DNA of 64,000 bases, taken from the NCBI RefSeq assembly GCF_009914755.1, contig NC_060927.1; one strand, given 5' to 3'. Position 1 is the first letter of the stretch, and every line of letters starts with the position of its first letter. The position numbers and the translations under genes are program-made. Of this stretch, positions 1 to 19,785 are shown piece after piece. The notes beneath the pieces are model-generated. The model was not told where the DNA came from. It ran no database searches and was given only the letters and a program-made list of their open reading frames with translations. The stretch is from the human T2T-CHM13v2.0 reference genome, Homo sapiens.

Positions 1-380
1 GCCCTCCCTCTGGGTGACCTGACATCTGAGATGAATTTTATTTTCTCCAGTCTTGTCCTCTCTCCTAGACTCCAAATGCTTTCAGCTGCCTGTGGTGGCC
101 TCTACATTCGAATGTCTCACTTAAGTCCAAACAAATTCCTCATGGGATTTGCTGGGATTCCCCAAGAGCAGAACAGAAATCAGGCACTCTGAAAATCGTG
201 CCATGAAAATGCAATTTGTTAGTGAGGTGAGGAGAGAATACCAGTGTGGAGCCCCACAGTCCTCAGCCTGAATCCTGTGGCACTGCCACATACTTACCTG
301 AGTGAAGTCCTTATATCTCCTCTCTGGGTCTCAATTTCCTCATCTGTAAAATGGGGATAATAGAGTCCAGGGGAGGATTA

Positions 381-822
<442 letters not shown>

Positions 823-934
823 TTATATTTCCTGGATGATCATAGCAGGATCATTGCATGTCCTGCCCAAATAACCATCACTGCACACTGCAAGGCATAC
901 AGGGCCAGAACCAACTGCACTGGGCATTAGGGTG

Positions 935-1185
935 GCATTTCCTAAGTGTGTTCTTAGAAACTTAGCTCTCAAGTAGTACGAATGTTATGAAGGGGCAAAA
1001 GAAATGCTGGAATCAAATAACTTTGGGAAACATTGCGTTAAATAACACCAAAGCAGGTTTCTTTAATGCAGGACCTCTCAGAGCATTGAACAGAGTGGTA
1101 CACTTTGAAATATCCAATGAAGGATGGAATCTGCAGAGTTTCCTAAACCTCTTGCTCCTGGGAGACCATCCAGCTGGGAAAGGCT
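935..1185 (+). mobile_element. hAT-Charlie relic (MER103-like)
   Basis: TTTCCTAAGTGTGTTC...CTTTGGGAAACA...GCAGGACCTCTCAGAGC. Subfamily tentative. Confidence 0.5.
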
Positions 1186-2934
1186 GCATCAGGAAATGAG
1201 GCATCTGTCCACGTAGTGACGAAACCACAGACAACCACCGAGGTCAGCCTCAACTTTGCATTCACCCCCAATCACTGCATTGTAGAAATTCTCTCCTTTC
1301 CTACTTCAGTCTAAATAGTAACTTAAGGAACTCCATTCACTGCTGCTCCGCAGTCTTCCACAGTGTCCCCATTCATCCCCTCTGAATGAAGCAAACCTCC
1401 AAGTTCATGGTTTTAGGTAGTCTTCTGAGGCTAAGAGAAGAGGGTCATCTTGTCAGGACAGAGAGAATTCTCCCTTCCTATTCCCGTCCTGAAGCAGGCC
1501 CTGAACACAGGTAGGCAAAGCTGGCTTTCCCATCTCAGCCAGGTCTCTCAGCTGCTGAGTTCAGTAAATTTCAAGATAGCTGGCTTTCTTAGGTCCTGCT
1601 ATTGCCCTCTTGTATGTTAATGAACTTCCTTTAAAAACCCATCATATGTTTTGAGACTGTAGCTAAGAGATATAAGGAAAGGTCAGGATCTGGGGCAGAC
1701 CAAACAGCCTTAGCAAAACCCTAAGACTCTGGGAAAGGGACTATGCATATATTCAGAAGACCTTGGCCCCAAAGTTCACCTGTAATACGCATGTGAATGA
1801 GCTATTCCTTTCTGTTGTCACCTCCCAGAATGGTCAATAATTCTATCTCAGAAACTGACCAGATAAAATGACTCTCAGTTCTCATATAGGCTTATCCTGA
1901 ATCTTTTTGTCTCAGGAACACTGAGAAAGCAGGCCTTTTCCTGAACTCTTTTAACTAGAATGAAGAAGACATTCCCAGGATGACTCTAAGACAAAAACCA
2001 CAGGCACTGATGAATCTTTATTAAGCATCTACTATGTGACAGATGTATATGGTCCTAGTCAGAGAGAAGAGCCAAATGCCCACAAATGTGTATGGCAAGG
2101 ATAAATCCTAGCCATTCCTGGGACCATCGCCAGCTCCTCCGGTCTATCGGGTCAGTTGCAGTTTGGGAAACTGAGCAATGTCTGCAATGTAAAGAATCCG
2201 ATCCACCCAACCCTTATCAACCCGCTCAGACAGCTGCAGCTGTGGGTGAGGCCCTTGGGAAGATTTACTTAAACATGAAGCTAGACATGGGTTTGTCTTT
2301 CATTCAACATACTTGCAGGGAACAGGCATTGGAGACAGCAGAAACAAGGCTGGCCAACTGCTTTGTGGGTGGGCAAGGTGGACATTTGCCTGGGAGGCAG
2401 GAGGCCTTTACAGAAACTATGGAGTGGCACGCAGCTCAGGCCTTTGCATGCCCCTGAAACTTAGCTTTTTTGGTAGGGGGTTCTGGGGAGGGGGAGGTTG
2501 AGGAAGAAAGGCAGACTGCTGTGGTGGGCTAGGGGGTCAGCAGTCCTAGCCTCACCTCTAACAGGTGGTTGTCTGTGGTTTCACCACTATGTGGACAGAT
2601 GCCTCTAAATGATCTCGCCAGGTCATTTTCTTTTTTTTTTCTTTTCTTTTCTTTTTTTTTGCTTTTATTTTCTTTCTTTCTGTTTCTTTTTTGTTGTTTT
2701 TTCTTTTGTTTGTTGTTGTTGTTGTTGTTGTTCTTGCTGGTATAGACAGGGTTTCACCATGTTGCCTTGGCTGCTCTCAAACTCCCAGACTCAAGCAATC
2801 CACCCAACTAGGCCTCTTAAAGTGTTGAGATTACAGGCATGAGCCACCACACACAGCCATCATTTCTGCTGTCTGACCTCAGTTTCCTTGTTAGTAAAAA
2901 ATGAGATGGTTGTTCTAGATCTGTCTATCAGGAT

Positions 2935-4186
<1,252 letters not shown>

Positions 4187-4598
4187 AAAAGGAGAATTTT
4201 TTAAAGCAGGGAGGCCACTTAGTAATCAAATGTTTTCTTCTAATGAAATATTTCTTGGAAACCCACTATAATAAAACAGATTAAAATAAACTGCTGGGGT
4301 AAAAGTGACAGCACTTCTGAGGACTCTTCTGGGTTCCAAAAACACAGTTTTAAAACTACTTGCTCCAAATGAATTTGTTAGATCCTTCCCTGCATGGAAT
4401 CTGAAGACCCTATTTTCTCCCTTTCTTTCTCCAAGGTTCATCCCTCTGGTCCCTGGAAGTAGGAATAGCTTGAAGAAGGTTCTTCCCATCACTATGACAT
4501 GCTTTTGGGGAAAGTCTGAGGTTACAGTGCTCCTCAAACTGTGGCATGGGGCCTACTTTCAGAAGAAATCACCTGGTTATTACTAAAATGAAAATTCT

Positions 4599-4925
<327 letters not shown>

Positions 4926-5724
4926 AATACTGGGACCCCACTCCAGACTTATAGAATGGGAATCTTCTTAGGGAGAACCTGAGCTTTGCATTTTTTACAT
5001 ACTTTCCAAATGATTTTGATGCCCTAAAATCTGAGCACCACTAGCTGGAAAGGACTGAGAGGTGAGAGATGGGAGAGTAAATGAGGGAGGCTGACAAAGA
5101 CCAAAAAGCCACCACCTTCCTGTGCCCTTGTGAATACCCTTCTCTGCTCTCTGAATGGGAGGGAGAAGCTGGATTTGCTTTCAGATCGAGGTGCCAGCTG
5201 GGGCTGCTTCAAGGTTATCTGGGCACCACTCCCTGTGCACAGAACTATAAAGACTGGTCCTGAAGGACAAGGACCCTCTTATGCCCCTCAGCAACTGTGT
5301 ACAGTGTTTAGCATTTCTAAGTGCTGTTATTTTTTTCTAATAATGCTTATTATGGCTACTTTTTTGAAATTGGAAAATTTCAAAAATAGCAAATCAGCCA
5401 TGAAGCAATGACTGTTTATGTGAGTTTAAGCAGCATTAGGCAATGCTTCCTTTGTGCTGAGAATCAACATTATTTACTTTGGGAATCTTGCCCAGATTTC
5501 TGTTAACTCATTCATGTACAGTTTCTCCTCCCAAGCCTTGTGACTCAATGTAGTTGTTCCCAGCTGGGGCAGGGAACAAGAAAAAGCACCATACACAGAC
5601 CCAGCCTTGTGCACTGAACTCATCAAGGCCATTGAAGGTCCCCTACTCCAGCCACTCCCCCAGGAAAGGAATCTCCTCTTCAGACTCTGCTGGGACTCAT
5701 CCAAGAATAAGTAGCTTCCCCATT

Positions 5725-6070
5725 TTGGTTATCCATTGCTGTGTAACAAATCTTGCCAAAACATAGTAACTTAAAACAACCACCATCACATTCACTCTCA
5801 CCACTCTTTGGATTGGCTGAGCTTGACTGAGCAGTTCTGCTCCCTGTGATGTCAGCTGGGGCTGCAGCCATGGGGGAGCTGAACTGGGCTGAGAAGCCCT
5901 ACATGACTTATTCAGATGGCTGGTTGTTCACTGGGAGCTCAACTAGGGCCATTGACTGAAATGTCTCCACCTGGCTTCTTCGTGTGGCTTGAGCTTCCCA
6001 CAATATAGCAATACAGCAGCTGGGCTTTGAGCAGGAGTATCCTAAGAGCAAGTGTTCTAAGAGGGAAGAA
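5725..6070 (-). mobile_element. Old MLT1 (J/K-like) LTR
   Basis: ATTGCTGTGTAACAAA...AACTTAAAACAAC...GGGGCTGCAG motif series. Confidence 0.6.
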
Positions 6071-6147
6071 GTGGTTCAAGGTACGGATTTGGAATTCAGT
6101 TCCAGCTCTAGGGTCTTGAACCAGTTACTTAATCTCTTGGAACCTCA

Positions 6148-6616
<469 letters not shown>

Positions 6617-6688
6617 TGCATGCTGGATCTCTCCACTCTCTCTCTGAGGCTCATACAAATTCCTGAGTTGCCATCCTGACTTTTAAAA

Positions 6689-6690
<2 letters not shown>

Positions 6691-6733
<43 letters not shown>
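6691..6733. repeat. (GT)n microsatellite, ~21 units
   Basis: Read directly from the sequence. Confidence 0.97.
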
Positions 6734-6734
<1 letters not shown>

Positions 6735-7397
6735 ATGATGTCTTTAATGGGATCCTACAGGACTAGATGCAGAATCAGAAACTATGACCTGACTCCTCAG
6801 AATTTATCTTAAAGGAAAAAAACCTTGCAAGTGTTCGAAGATATTTATAGAAAAATGTTCCTTGCAACAGGACAAATATCATGTTATCAATAGCACATTA
6901 CAACCTAAATATGTAACAATAAGGGATGCAATGTTGGGATATTATACATCCATATTCTGCTGGATATTAGCTGCTTATTAAGATATAAAGTATCTGATCA
7001 TCATTCCTCTTAGGGGGAAATTCTAAGGTAGGGAAGCTCTCCTGCTTTTCACTACAGAATCAGGAGGAAGGCAGATATACTCACTCCCTGCTCCCTGGCA
7101 GGCAAGGTACAGGCATGTGAGCTGAGTGTGGTTGAGTGAGACACTCCTGCCTAAGGCTTTGCCCACAAAGACAGAGGGACCATGAGTGACTTTCGAGATT
7201 GCCATGTTGGTAGTAGAGCCTAGCTTCCAGGGGCATAGATGTCTTGTGGTTCAGAGCCGCCTTACCAAGCTAGACTATGAGAAGTGTGATGTGTGAGAGA
7301 CACACATTGGAACTATGATGTGTGAGAGAAAGAAACTGTATTCATTAAACCACTCTAGGTTGGGGTCTCTTTGTTACAGCAGCTAACCTTACCCTAA

Positions 7398-8315
<918 letters not shown>

Positions 8316-8431
8316 CTGACATATGATAGATTCTGTGGGCTATCCAAAATACTTCCAAAAAATTTCTTTTGGCTGACCGACTTAACCAGTATTGGCTTCT
8401 CTTGTCAAAATCAAGAATCTTGGTTGGTATA

Positions 8432-8777
<346 letters not shown>

Positions 8778-9231
8778 TTAAACTAATTATGTAGTTCTAT
8801 ATGAATTGTCATGAAAAGATGTTCCAACTGTAATTTTAAGTGAAAACAATAGGTTCCAAAACAGTATGTACAGAGTAGTTTTTTTTTTTAAATAAAAGTA
8901 TCACTTTTGCATAGAATAAATACCAGGGTGCTATCTACCAAAAATATACAGTGATTATCTCAGGATATTGGCATGATAGCTTCTTTCTTCTGCTTAACTG
9001 TATTTTCTAATTTTTCTATAGTGAACATCAGTTTCCTATGTAATTTTTATCTTACATAATATTTTAATTAAAACATATTTTTTAAAAAAACAAAGCAAGG
9101 GTTACAGATCTAGGAATTTGAGAGTGCCTGAACTACCCCTCTGCCTCTGGGGATTTTGTAAATTTCCCAATGAGAGATCCCAAAGTGCAATCTCTAAAGT
9201 GTACGGTAGCCCTGAGTAATTCCTCCCCTCC

Positions 9232-9375
9232 ACATATATATGTGTGTGTGTGATGTATATGTACATGTGTATATATATAAAATACATGTATATGTAGTGT
9301 GTATATATATGCATGTACACACACAAATATATACATATGTATATACACATATATATACACACACACATATATATG
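9232..9375. repeat. Compound (TA/TG/CA)n low-complexity repeat
   Basis: Read directly; alternating purine-pyrimidine tract. Confidence 0.9.
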
Positions 9376-9482
9376 CTGCTCTTCACTTTAAGAAAGTGTT
9401 TATTTCCCCTCTCCTTATATCTGGACTGGCCTGTGACTGCATTGGCCATAGAACGCATCATAAGATGTTCAAGGACATCTGA

Positions 9483-9879
<397 letters not shown>

Positions 9880-9899
9880 TAAGTTCAGGGGTACATGGG

Positions 9900-10795
9900 A
9901 TGTTCTCTCTCATTACCAGCCTATTCCATGTGGAAAGACCACATGGAGGAGAACCAAGACTCTCCTGCTGACAGCCTCAGCTGAGCTCCAGGCCAATAGC
10001 CAGCACCAACTGCCAGCCTGGCAAGTGAGTCATTTTGGATTCCAGCCATGTTGAACCCTAGTTGACTACAGCTTCAACCAATATCATGGAGAGCAGAAGA
10101 ACTGCCAAGCTGAGTCCTGTTAACCCACAGATATGAGGGATACTAAAATGATTGTTGTTTTAAGCCTAGGTTTGGGGGCAATGTGGCAGCCAGCCTCCAA
10201 GATGGCCCCAGTGGTCCCCACCTCCTGGTATTCACACCACTTTATAAGCCCTTTGCACTTTGTACCAGAGCTGGCCTGTGTGACTAATAGAATACAGCAC
10301 GGTGTGTTACTTCCTGGATTAGGCTATAAAAGACCTTGTGGCTTCTGTCTTGGTCACTCTTTCAGATCCCTCTTCCTGTTGGAAACAGCACCATGGAGAG
10401 GCCCACATAGTGTGACCAACTCCTCCCAGGACTTCCCAGGACTTTCCCGGTTCAGCACTGAAAGTCTCACATCCTGAGAACTCCCTCAATCCTGGACAAA
10501 CCAGGATGGTTGGTCACCATATGCCCATATGGTAAGGAAATGAGACATTTGGACAACAGCCAGCAAGAAACTGAGGCCTCCTACACACAGTCATGTGAGG
10601 ACACCATCTTGGGAGCAAACCCTCCAGCCCCAGCCAAGCCCTGAGCTGCCTGCAGTCCCAGCTGAAGCTCAACTGCAACCTCAGGAGAGCTTCTGAGCTA
10701 GAACCATTTGCCTAAGCTGATTATGGAATCCTGTCCCTGTGATGTATTATTTTAAGCTGCTAAATTTGGGATAATTTACTAAACAACAATAATAG
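9900..10795 (+). mobile_element. Adjacent MLT1-family LTR remnants
   Basis: MLT1 motifs (CCACATGGAGAG, TGTGGCAGCCAGCCTCCAAGATGGCCCC, TTTTAAGCTGCTAAATTTGGG). Confidence 0.65.
10408..10521 (-). mobile_element. MER81-like hAT miniature DNA transposon nested in an MLT1 LTR
   Basis: 114 bp, TIRs TAGTGTGACCAAC/GTTGGTCACCATA, degenerate 8-bp TSD GGCCCACA/TGCCCATA. Confidence 0.8.
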
Positions 10796-11606
<811 letters not shown>

Positions 11607-12384
11607 TAGACAGCTGTGATGATCTTTCTGTTTGGGGATTTCTTTTCCTTTCCTGAAAATCAACCTAACAGAATTTTGCTCCTGGAGTTTCTGGAGAGCA
11701 GTGCTGGGCAGGTCCCCTGGCTGCTGCTGGGTGAGCATTCCAACTCTAATTGTTTTCCAAGCTTTAACCATAAGTCCCTTGGACTCCCTTGGGTCCTCTA
11801 ACCTCTCTATTTCCAAATGCTCTCTGAGGTGGCCCTTATTTCTGTGAAGGCCTGAGGTGTTTACCTGGGCTGCTTACATAGCCTTCTCTGCTAGAAAAGA
11901 TCCCTGATGTCTGGCAGCATGAGATCTGTGCAGAGAACAGTACGCGGGGTGCATGGCCTACAGGGCACGCAGGTGTGGGAGTCTGGGTGGGCCCCTCCTT
12001 GACCCCAAAATCTTTCCCAACCAGGCACCAAGGAATCAGATCTTAGCATTTGGGTGTGACTCATTCACTTGGGAGGGACAATTTCTTCACTGGTACCTCC
12101 TTTTGAGTGAATTTATTGAAGACACTCTTTTCTGCTGGGGTAGCATGAGATGAATTTGAACATAATCCAAGGCCGGCACAGAAGGCAGGCGTGGCCCAAA
12201 GCTGACCCTGGCTCCACTTCATAATTCCATGTTAGACCGATCCTGATCTGTCTACAGAGAGTCAGGCTGCAGGGCTACCCCCGTGCTGAGCACCCCAGCA
12301 TGCTCAAGGGCAGGCCGTGGTGTACACCAGAGACCCAGAGACACCTTGCAAGTACAAAGTAGGTAAGATACAAATTAACATGTA

Positions 12385-12807
12385 CTGAGTGCATTTGCTT
12401 CCCAAGGCTGCCATAACAAAGTCCGTAAACTGGGTGGCTGAAAATAACCGAAATGTATCCTCTCACAGCTCTGGAGAGTAGAAGTCCAAAATTAAGGTAT
12501 CACGGGCTTGGATCCTTCGAAGGGCTATGAGGGAGAATCTGTTCTCGGCCTCTCTCCTTGCCTCTGGTGTTTTGGTGGCGATCTTTGTTGTTCCTTGGCT
12601 TGTTGGCGCGTCACTCCAATCTCTTCACCTTCACGTGGCCTTTTCCTTGTGTGCATCTCTGTCTCTGAGTCCAAACTTTCCACCCTAATGTCTTCATCTT
12701 CACTTAATCATCTGCAAGGACCCCATTTCCAAATAAGGTCACATTCACAGGCACTAGGGGTTAGAACTTCAACATCTTTCAAGGGAATGCAATTCAATCC
12801 GTAACAC
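12385..12807 (-). mobile_element. MLT1A/C-like MaLR LTR
   Basis: GCTGCCATAACAAAG...AAACTGGGTGGCTGAAA...AAGGTCACATTC...TTAGAACTTCAACAT. Confidence 0.75.
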
Positions 12808-12840
12808 TGAGGAGTTAGTAAAAATAGTTAATATCTATGA

Positions 12841-13240
<400 letters not shown>

Positions 13241-13304
13241 TAGCTGTAGAAACTGAGGATAAGAAAACTTATGGGGCTTATACTAAATTACATAGCTAGA
13301 AAGT

Positions 13305-13460
13305 ACAAGCTCTGGAATCAGATAGGCTGGCTTCACCACTTACCTGTGTGAAGCCTTGGGCAAGTTATTTTAACCGCTCTGTGCCTCAGTTTCCTCATTT
13401 GTAAAATGAGGATAATAATCATGATTCTTTCATTCATGCTGAGTTGTTGCAAGGATTTTA
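13305..13460 (+). mobile_element. MIR, left part; resumes at 15364-15394 and 15693-15750
   Basis: MIR core CTGTGCCTCAGTTTCCTCATTTGTAAAATGAGGATAATAA, continuing as GCCTGGTACATAG beyond the retrocopy and the Alu. Confidence 0.8.
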
Positions 13461-13904
13461 TTTATTTATTTATTTTTTTCTGAGTTATATTATGTGCCAG
13501 GTTCAATATTATTGTTTTATATACCTATCTGAATTACATTTCCCCATGTCTTTGTGAGACATGTCTTTGTGAGACAATAACTATTGTTATTCCCATGGAG
13601 AAAGATGAAGAAAGTGATGCATAATGCGGCCAAGTAGCCAGGGTCATTCAGCTAGCCCCAGGAGTCAGATGGGACCCAGGTTTGGGGGACTGCTGCTTGT
13701 GCTACCTCCTGATTACTAATTAAGATTCTTCAGTATCTTGATACAGGGAAGAGGTGTCCTGGTTGGCAGGCAGGAGTATCCTGGTCAATGGAAAGTTATA
13801 TCCTTCCATTGTAAGTTAATGAATTTGGTAAGCAAGAGTCACCCCTTGAGCCCAAGCACCTCTTAAAAGCACCTCTGGTCACTGAAAAAGAGTTTCTCAA
13901 CTGC

Positions 13905-14420
13905 CATCTTTTATTCAACAAATACTTATTGAGCAGCTACTATGTGCCAGGCCACTGGAAATAAAGCAGAGAATGAGATGGACAAAGAGCTCACATTCTA
14001 GTCGGGGTGGACAAACATGTAACCAAATAAGCAAGACTAGTTTTCAATATGTGAGATGCTATGAAGACAATAAAATGGTATGATAAATAATGACTAAGGG
14101 AGTCAGTAAAAGGTCACTGTGAGCAGGTGGTACCTGAGCTGAGACCTGACATGATCAGCCAGTTATGAGACTCTAGAGAAGGGTGCATTAGGCACAAGGA
14201 CAGACAGTGCAAAGGTCGGAGTGAGATCTGCATGTCAGACAGACTACAGGGTGGTGGCCAGGATGGCTGGAGCAAGGTGAGAGGTAGAAAGTATGATGCA
14301 AGATGAGACTGAGAGCTGGGTATGGGCCTTGCAGGCCATAGAAGGGATTTCAGTTTTATTCTAAGCACAACTGGAAACCCGTGGAGGATTTTAAGCAAGA
14401 GAGTAATATGACCAAACTCT
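13905..14420 (-). mobile_element. L2 3' fragment carried inside the retrocopy
   Basis: TTATTCAACAAATACTTATTGAGCAGCTACTATGTGCCAGGC and downstream L2 motifs. Confidence 0.7.
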
Positions 14421-14741
14421 AAATCATTTTGATTCTATCAAGGTATACCCTTCCACGTAGAGCTTCCCTCTAACGTAATCTTGTAATCTTGAATTTCAAC
14501 AGATAGAAACATTTAAAGAGCCAGATAGTAAAACTGGTAATGCCACTCCATCTTGCTTAAGTTACAATCTCTCCTTTACAGGATTCCACAGAATTCTGGC
14601 AATCACCATTTCACTTACGTGATGACTGTAATTCATATTCTCGTGAAATGTTAGAATATAATGGTCCACATTTTATGAATGAACAAAACAAAATATGAAT
14701 ATCTTCTTTAAGGTCAATAATAGAACCAGGAAAGAAACTGA

Positions 14742-15070
<329 letters not shown>

Positions 15071-15099
15071 TATTAAATGTGTTTTTAACACAGTCCACC

Positions 15100-15327
<228 letters not shown>

Positions 15328-15394
15328 TCACCGACCCGCCAGCCCGGCCCGCTGATTTATCTCGTTGCAAGGATTTTAAAGATAATGCACAGAG

Positions 15395-15725
<331 letters not shown>

Positions 15726-16309
15726 TTAATTCATGGTAGTTGTCGTTATAAGTCGTGGAGTCAAGATTTAAATCCACATCTCCTTAGCTCCAATTTCTTC
15801 ATTCTTTTCTCTCTGATCCAGCATAACCAGGTGTCAGGCACTTCTGTGTCCATGATCTCATAGAATCTTCATAATACCTCTGTGAGGTGAATATTTCTGG
15901 CTAGCTTTTATGCTTGTAGGAAATAAGGCACCGAGAGGTGAGGTGACTTTACCAAGGTAATCCAGTAAATAAAGCATTCTATTCTAGCTCCACGGATTCT
16001 AATATTTCTTCCCCTATGTTACCTCTCATCCCAGTGCATGGAGGTTCACAGGCATAATATAAAGGAACATTTTCCTCTACAATGGTTTGCTAATAGCCTC
16101 TATATCTAAGGTAGTCAGTCAAGATTATGAGCTAAGTCAGTGGCCCAACCTGAGACTATGACAGGCAGAGTTCTGTTCCCATAAGAGTCAGCTCCTGCCA
16201 GGTTCAGAAAGCTCAGGCCACAGAATATGCTGTTAATCTTGAGAAAGTCCTTCAGGAGAAGGAAGCTGTCTCTCCCTCTTTTTCTCCCTCTCTCTCCCCT
16301 GCTCCTACA

Positions 16310-16310
<1 letters not shown>

Positions 16311-16356
<46 letters not shown>
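16311..16356. repeat. (CA)n microsatellite, ~23 units
   Basis: Read directly from the sequence. Confidence 0.97.
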
Positions 16357-16358
<2 letters not shown>

Positions 16359-16461
16359 GCTTATAAGAGTCTTCACCCTTGGGACAAGCAACTAACCATT
16401 GAAAAGAGATCGGTTATATAAGACTTTTCTGTTTGGAAGCCTGAAAAGTGAAAACCAGCTG

Positions 16462-16803
16462 TGATATGGTTTGGATCTGTGTACCTGCCAAATCTCATGT
16501 TGAAATGTAATCCCCAGTGTTGGAGGAGGGGCCTGGTGGGAGGTGTTGGGTCAGGTTGTCTAAAGTGCGTGGCACCTCCCCTACTCTCTCTTGCTCCTGT
16601 GTTTGCTGTGTGACGTGCAAGCTCCTTGCTTTGCCTTCTGCTGAGAATAAAATCTCCCTGAGGCCTCCCCAGAAGCTGAGTCCTGATGCCAGCACAATCC
16701 TTCCTGTATAGCCTGCAGAAACATGAGCCAGTTAAACTTCTTTTACTATAAACCACCCAGTCTCAAGTATTTCTTTATAGCAATGCAAAAACAGCCTAAC
16801 ACA
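16462..16803 (+). mobile_element. MST (MSTA/MSTB-like) MaLR solo LTR
   Basis: TGATATGGTTTGG...CTAACACA with perfect 5-bp TSD AGCTG (16457-16461 and 16804-16808). Confidence 0.88.
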
Positions 16804-17676
16804 AGCTGCCAGGCCCAGTTCATAGTTCCCCAGCAAACCAGTGCTAGGGAGGATTCCAAAAGACAAAAATAGAAAGAAATTCCAAAAATGCAAATACCTC
16901 AGAGAGGAATGCTTTTGGGTTTCTTCATCAGGATAGAAAGAAAGTTAGAGCAGCAGAAGCCTTTTGCTGGAGCTTTCTCTGATCCTCCCTGTACCACCTC
17001 TGCCCAGCGGCTCTCCACACCACAGCTTAGTCCTGCAGACACCTGGGGAGAACAGACATTTCTGTAGCTACCCAGGGGCCTCATCTGGCACTTAGACAAG
17101 TTTTGTTCCACCTGCACACATTTTTAAGTAGTTGCTAAAAATTTTAAATTATGAGATTTTACCTAAGCTTTTGGATTTTTGTTGTTTTGCTTCTTTTGAA
17201 AAATCAAAGGTTCTGGCCAGGTGACTGTATTCTTGAGTGGTGTGAGCTGGAGTTGGGTCATGGTTGCCTCCTGATTATTTTTATGCCTAGACCACTAATC
17301 TTGTCTAGTCCCTGCAAGAATTCGGGTTTTTCACTTCAGGCCAACTGTGACCTCACCTCTGCCTGTCAAATGAAACAGATGTGGCTTTGCCTTGGCATTC
17401 AAAATTATTTCTAAGCATGGCTTATTCAGACTTACCACTCATGACTACACTTCGTTCAAAATTTTTCTACTCCTTCATCCTCTAACAGATATCTTATTTT
17501 CCCACATTAATGGCTTTTCTAGTGATTTTTATTTCCTCTAACATGTCTTCTTTCCGAACTTGGCCTTGGAACTCTTCCATATCCTTTAAAATCCATATGA
17601 AGGCCTTGCAGAATCTCCCAAATAAAGTTTTACGAACTTTCTTTCCTTCGATGCTCCAAAACAACCTTTTTTTTAA

Positions 17677-17901
<225 letters not shown>

Positions 17902-18044
17902 TAATTGTTTTATACTCATTCATAAGCCACTCCCTCTGGGCTTCCTTCCCCATTTACCTGAGCAGAATGGGTTGATTCTTCTTCTGTGAGATGCATTTGT
18001 AGAAACATATTTAGTATGTAAATATATATACCATCTATTTGCAT

Positions 18045-18047
<3 letters not shown>

Positions 18048-18081
<34 letters not shown>
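18048..18081. repeat. (AC)n microsatellite, ~17 units
   Basis: Read directly from the sequence. Confidence 0.95.
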
Positions 18082-18084
<3 letters not shown>

Positions 18085-19289
18085 ACATAATAACATATAT
18101 AGCTTTTGGAGACAGAAAGCCCTGGATTCAATCCCAGCTCCACCATTTGCAAGCTGCTTGATTTCAAGCAAATAAATTATCTAAATCACGTCTGCTTCAT
18201 CTATAAAAATGGCAGTGACAATGATAAAACCTACACCAAAGAGTCATAGTGAATATCAGTTGCCACACAGCTAACCTCTCAGTAAAGTTTCACTAGTGCT
18301 TTTATCCCTGTATTAGCACTAGTTTCTTTGAATAATTATTTGGGGGAATGTGTCTTCCCTATCAGCCTGTGGGCTTCAGTGTGGGGACTGTGTCTTATTC
18401 ATCTTTCTAGGGCTTAATAAATATGTATTGAATGAACCAATTCACTATTATGTATACATTGGTTTCATGACCTCTACTTGAGGGTTAGCTCCTTGAGGTT
18501 GTCAACTGGGCCTTTCTTTTTATGATGTAAGCTCCATGATCCTCCAGGGCCTACCACAGTGACTTTAGTAGGCCCTTAATGTGTAAATACTTAGCGAACG
18601 ATTGAATGGACTTCCCAGAGTCCAGCTTTCAAAGACCACTGATGAACAAGAATCTGTGTTAGTAACTGCTATGTGCCAGGAACCGTACACATATCATTTC
18701 CTTTAAAGAGGACATATCATTTCCTTTGAAGTCAGACCAGGAGCAGTTGTTCATGCTGGTAATCCCAGCACTTTGGGAGGCCGAGGTGGGAGGACTGCTT
18801 GAGCCCTAGAGGTCAAGGATGCAGTGAGCTGTGATTGCGCCACTGCACTCCAGCGTAGGTGACAAAACAAGACCCTGTCTCAAAAAATAAATAAATAAAT
18901 AAATAAATAGATTTCTGTATTAATCTTTACCAACACTTAATCCTCACCAACATGCTGTAGGGTTAATATACTGTTTTAGAGGAGGAAACAGAGACTTAGA
19001 AAGGCTAAGTAAACTTGTAAGACTTCAGAATCCCATTTCAGTAACACCACTCTTCTTAGCCAGAAGTTTTTTGTCAATGTCCAGTAAATAGAACAACACT
19101 TCTCAACTGTCTCTGTTCTAACCTGGAGCAATGGTTGCTAAAAATAAGGCCCTGCCCCTCACTCCCAGCCCACCACTCTTCTGTTAAGGACTTTTAAATA
19201 CTTTCTTTTTCTCCTTGTCTTTCCCTTCCTCCACTTTTCTAAAGGAATGGAAAAATCTTCCTTGTGAAGAGGCTTGGAATAAGAGAGCT

Positions 19290-19785
19290 ATGATCATGTT
19301 CTCAGGGCCCAGTGCAAAATGTAAATGCAGGGCACCTTGTTCAAAAAAAAAAATTTTTTTTTTTTTTGAGATGGAGTTTCACTCTGTCGCCCAGGCTGGA
19401 GTGCAGTGGTGCAATACCAGCTCACTGCAAGCTCCGCCTCCCGGGTTCACGCTAATTCTCCTGCCTCAGCCTTCCCAGTAGCTGGGACCACAGGCACCTG
19501 CCACCACGCCCGGCTAATTTTTTTTTTTTTTTGTATTTTTAGTAGAGACGGGGTTTCACCGTGTGTTAGCCAGGATGGTCTCTATCTCCCAACCCCGTGA
19601 TCCGCCCACCTCGGCCTCCCAAAGTGCTGGGATTACAAGTGTGAGCCACTGCGCCCAGCCCCCTTGTTAAAAAATTATCAAGAATTTAAAGATGGCTGAC
19701 AACAGAGCATTTAATTGAGTGTCCAAGAGCAATCCTGCCATTTCTGAGAGCAGAGTCCTGGGCAACTGCACAAGGCTGCAGGCCT
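19290..19785 (+). mobile_element. MER45A-like hAT element split by an antisense AluY (19354-19660)
   Basis: GGGCCCAGTGCAAAATG...CCTTGTTCAAAAA resumes after the Alu as AAATTATCAAGAATTT...CAGAGCATT. Confidence 0.65.

Noticed and set aside
9102-9482. ORFs rich in Y/I/H/T/C/V
   Set aside because: Translations of the TA/CA simple repeat.
13545-13575. 15-bp tandem duplication (CATGTCTTTGTGAGA)x2, and a similar short direct repeat at ~18690-18730
   Set aside because: Two-copy slippage events with no array or spacer structure.
16462-16803. MST LTR as the promoter for the FAM76A retrocopy
   Set aside because: Its consensus orientation is + strand, pointing away from the minus-strand retrocopy; it would need unproven bidirectional activity.
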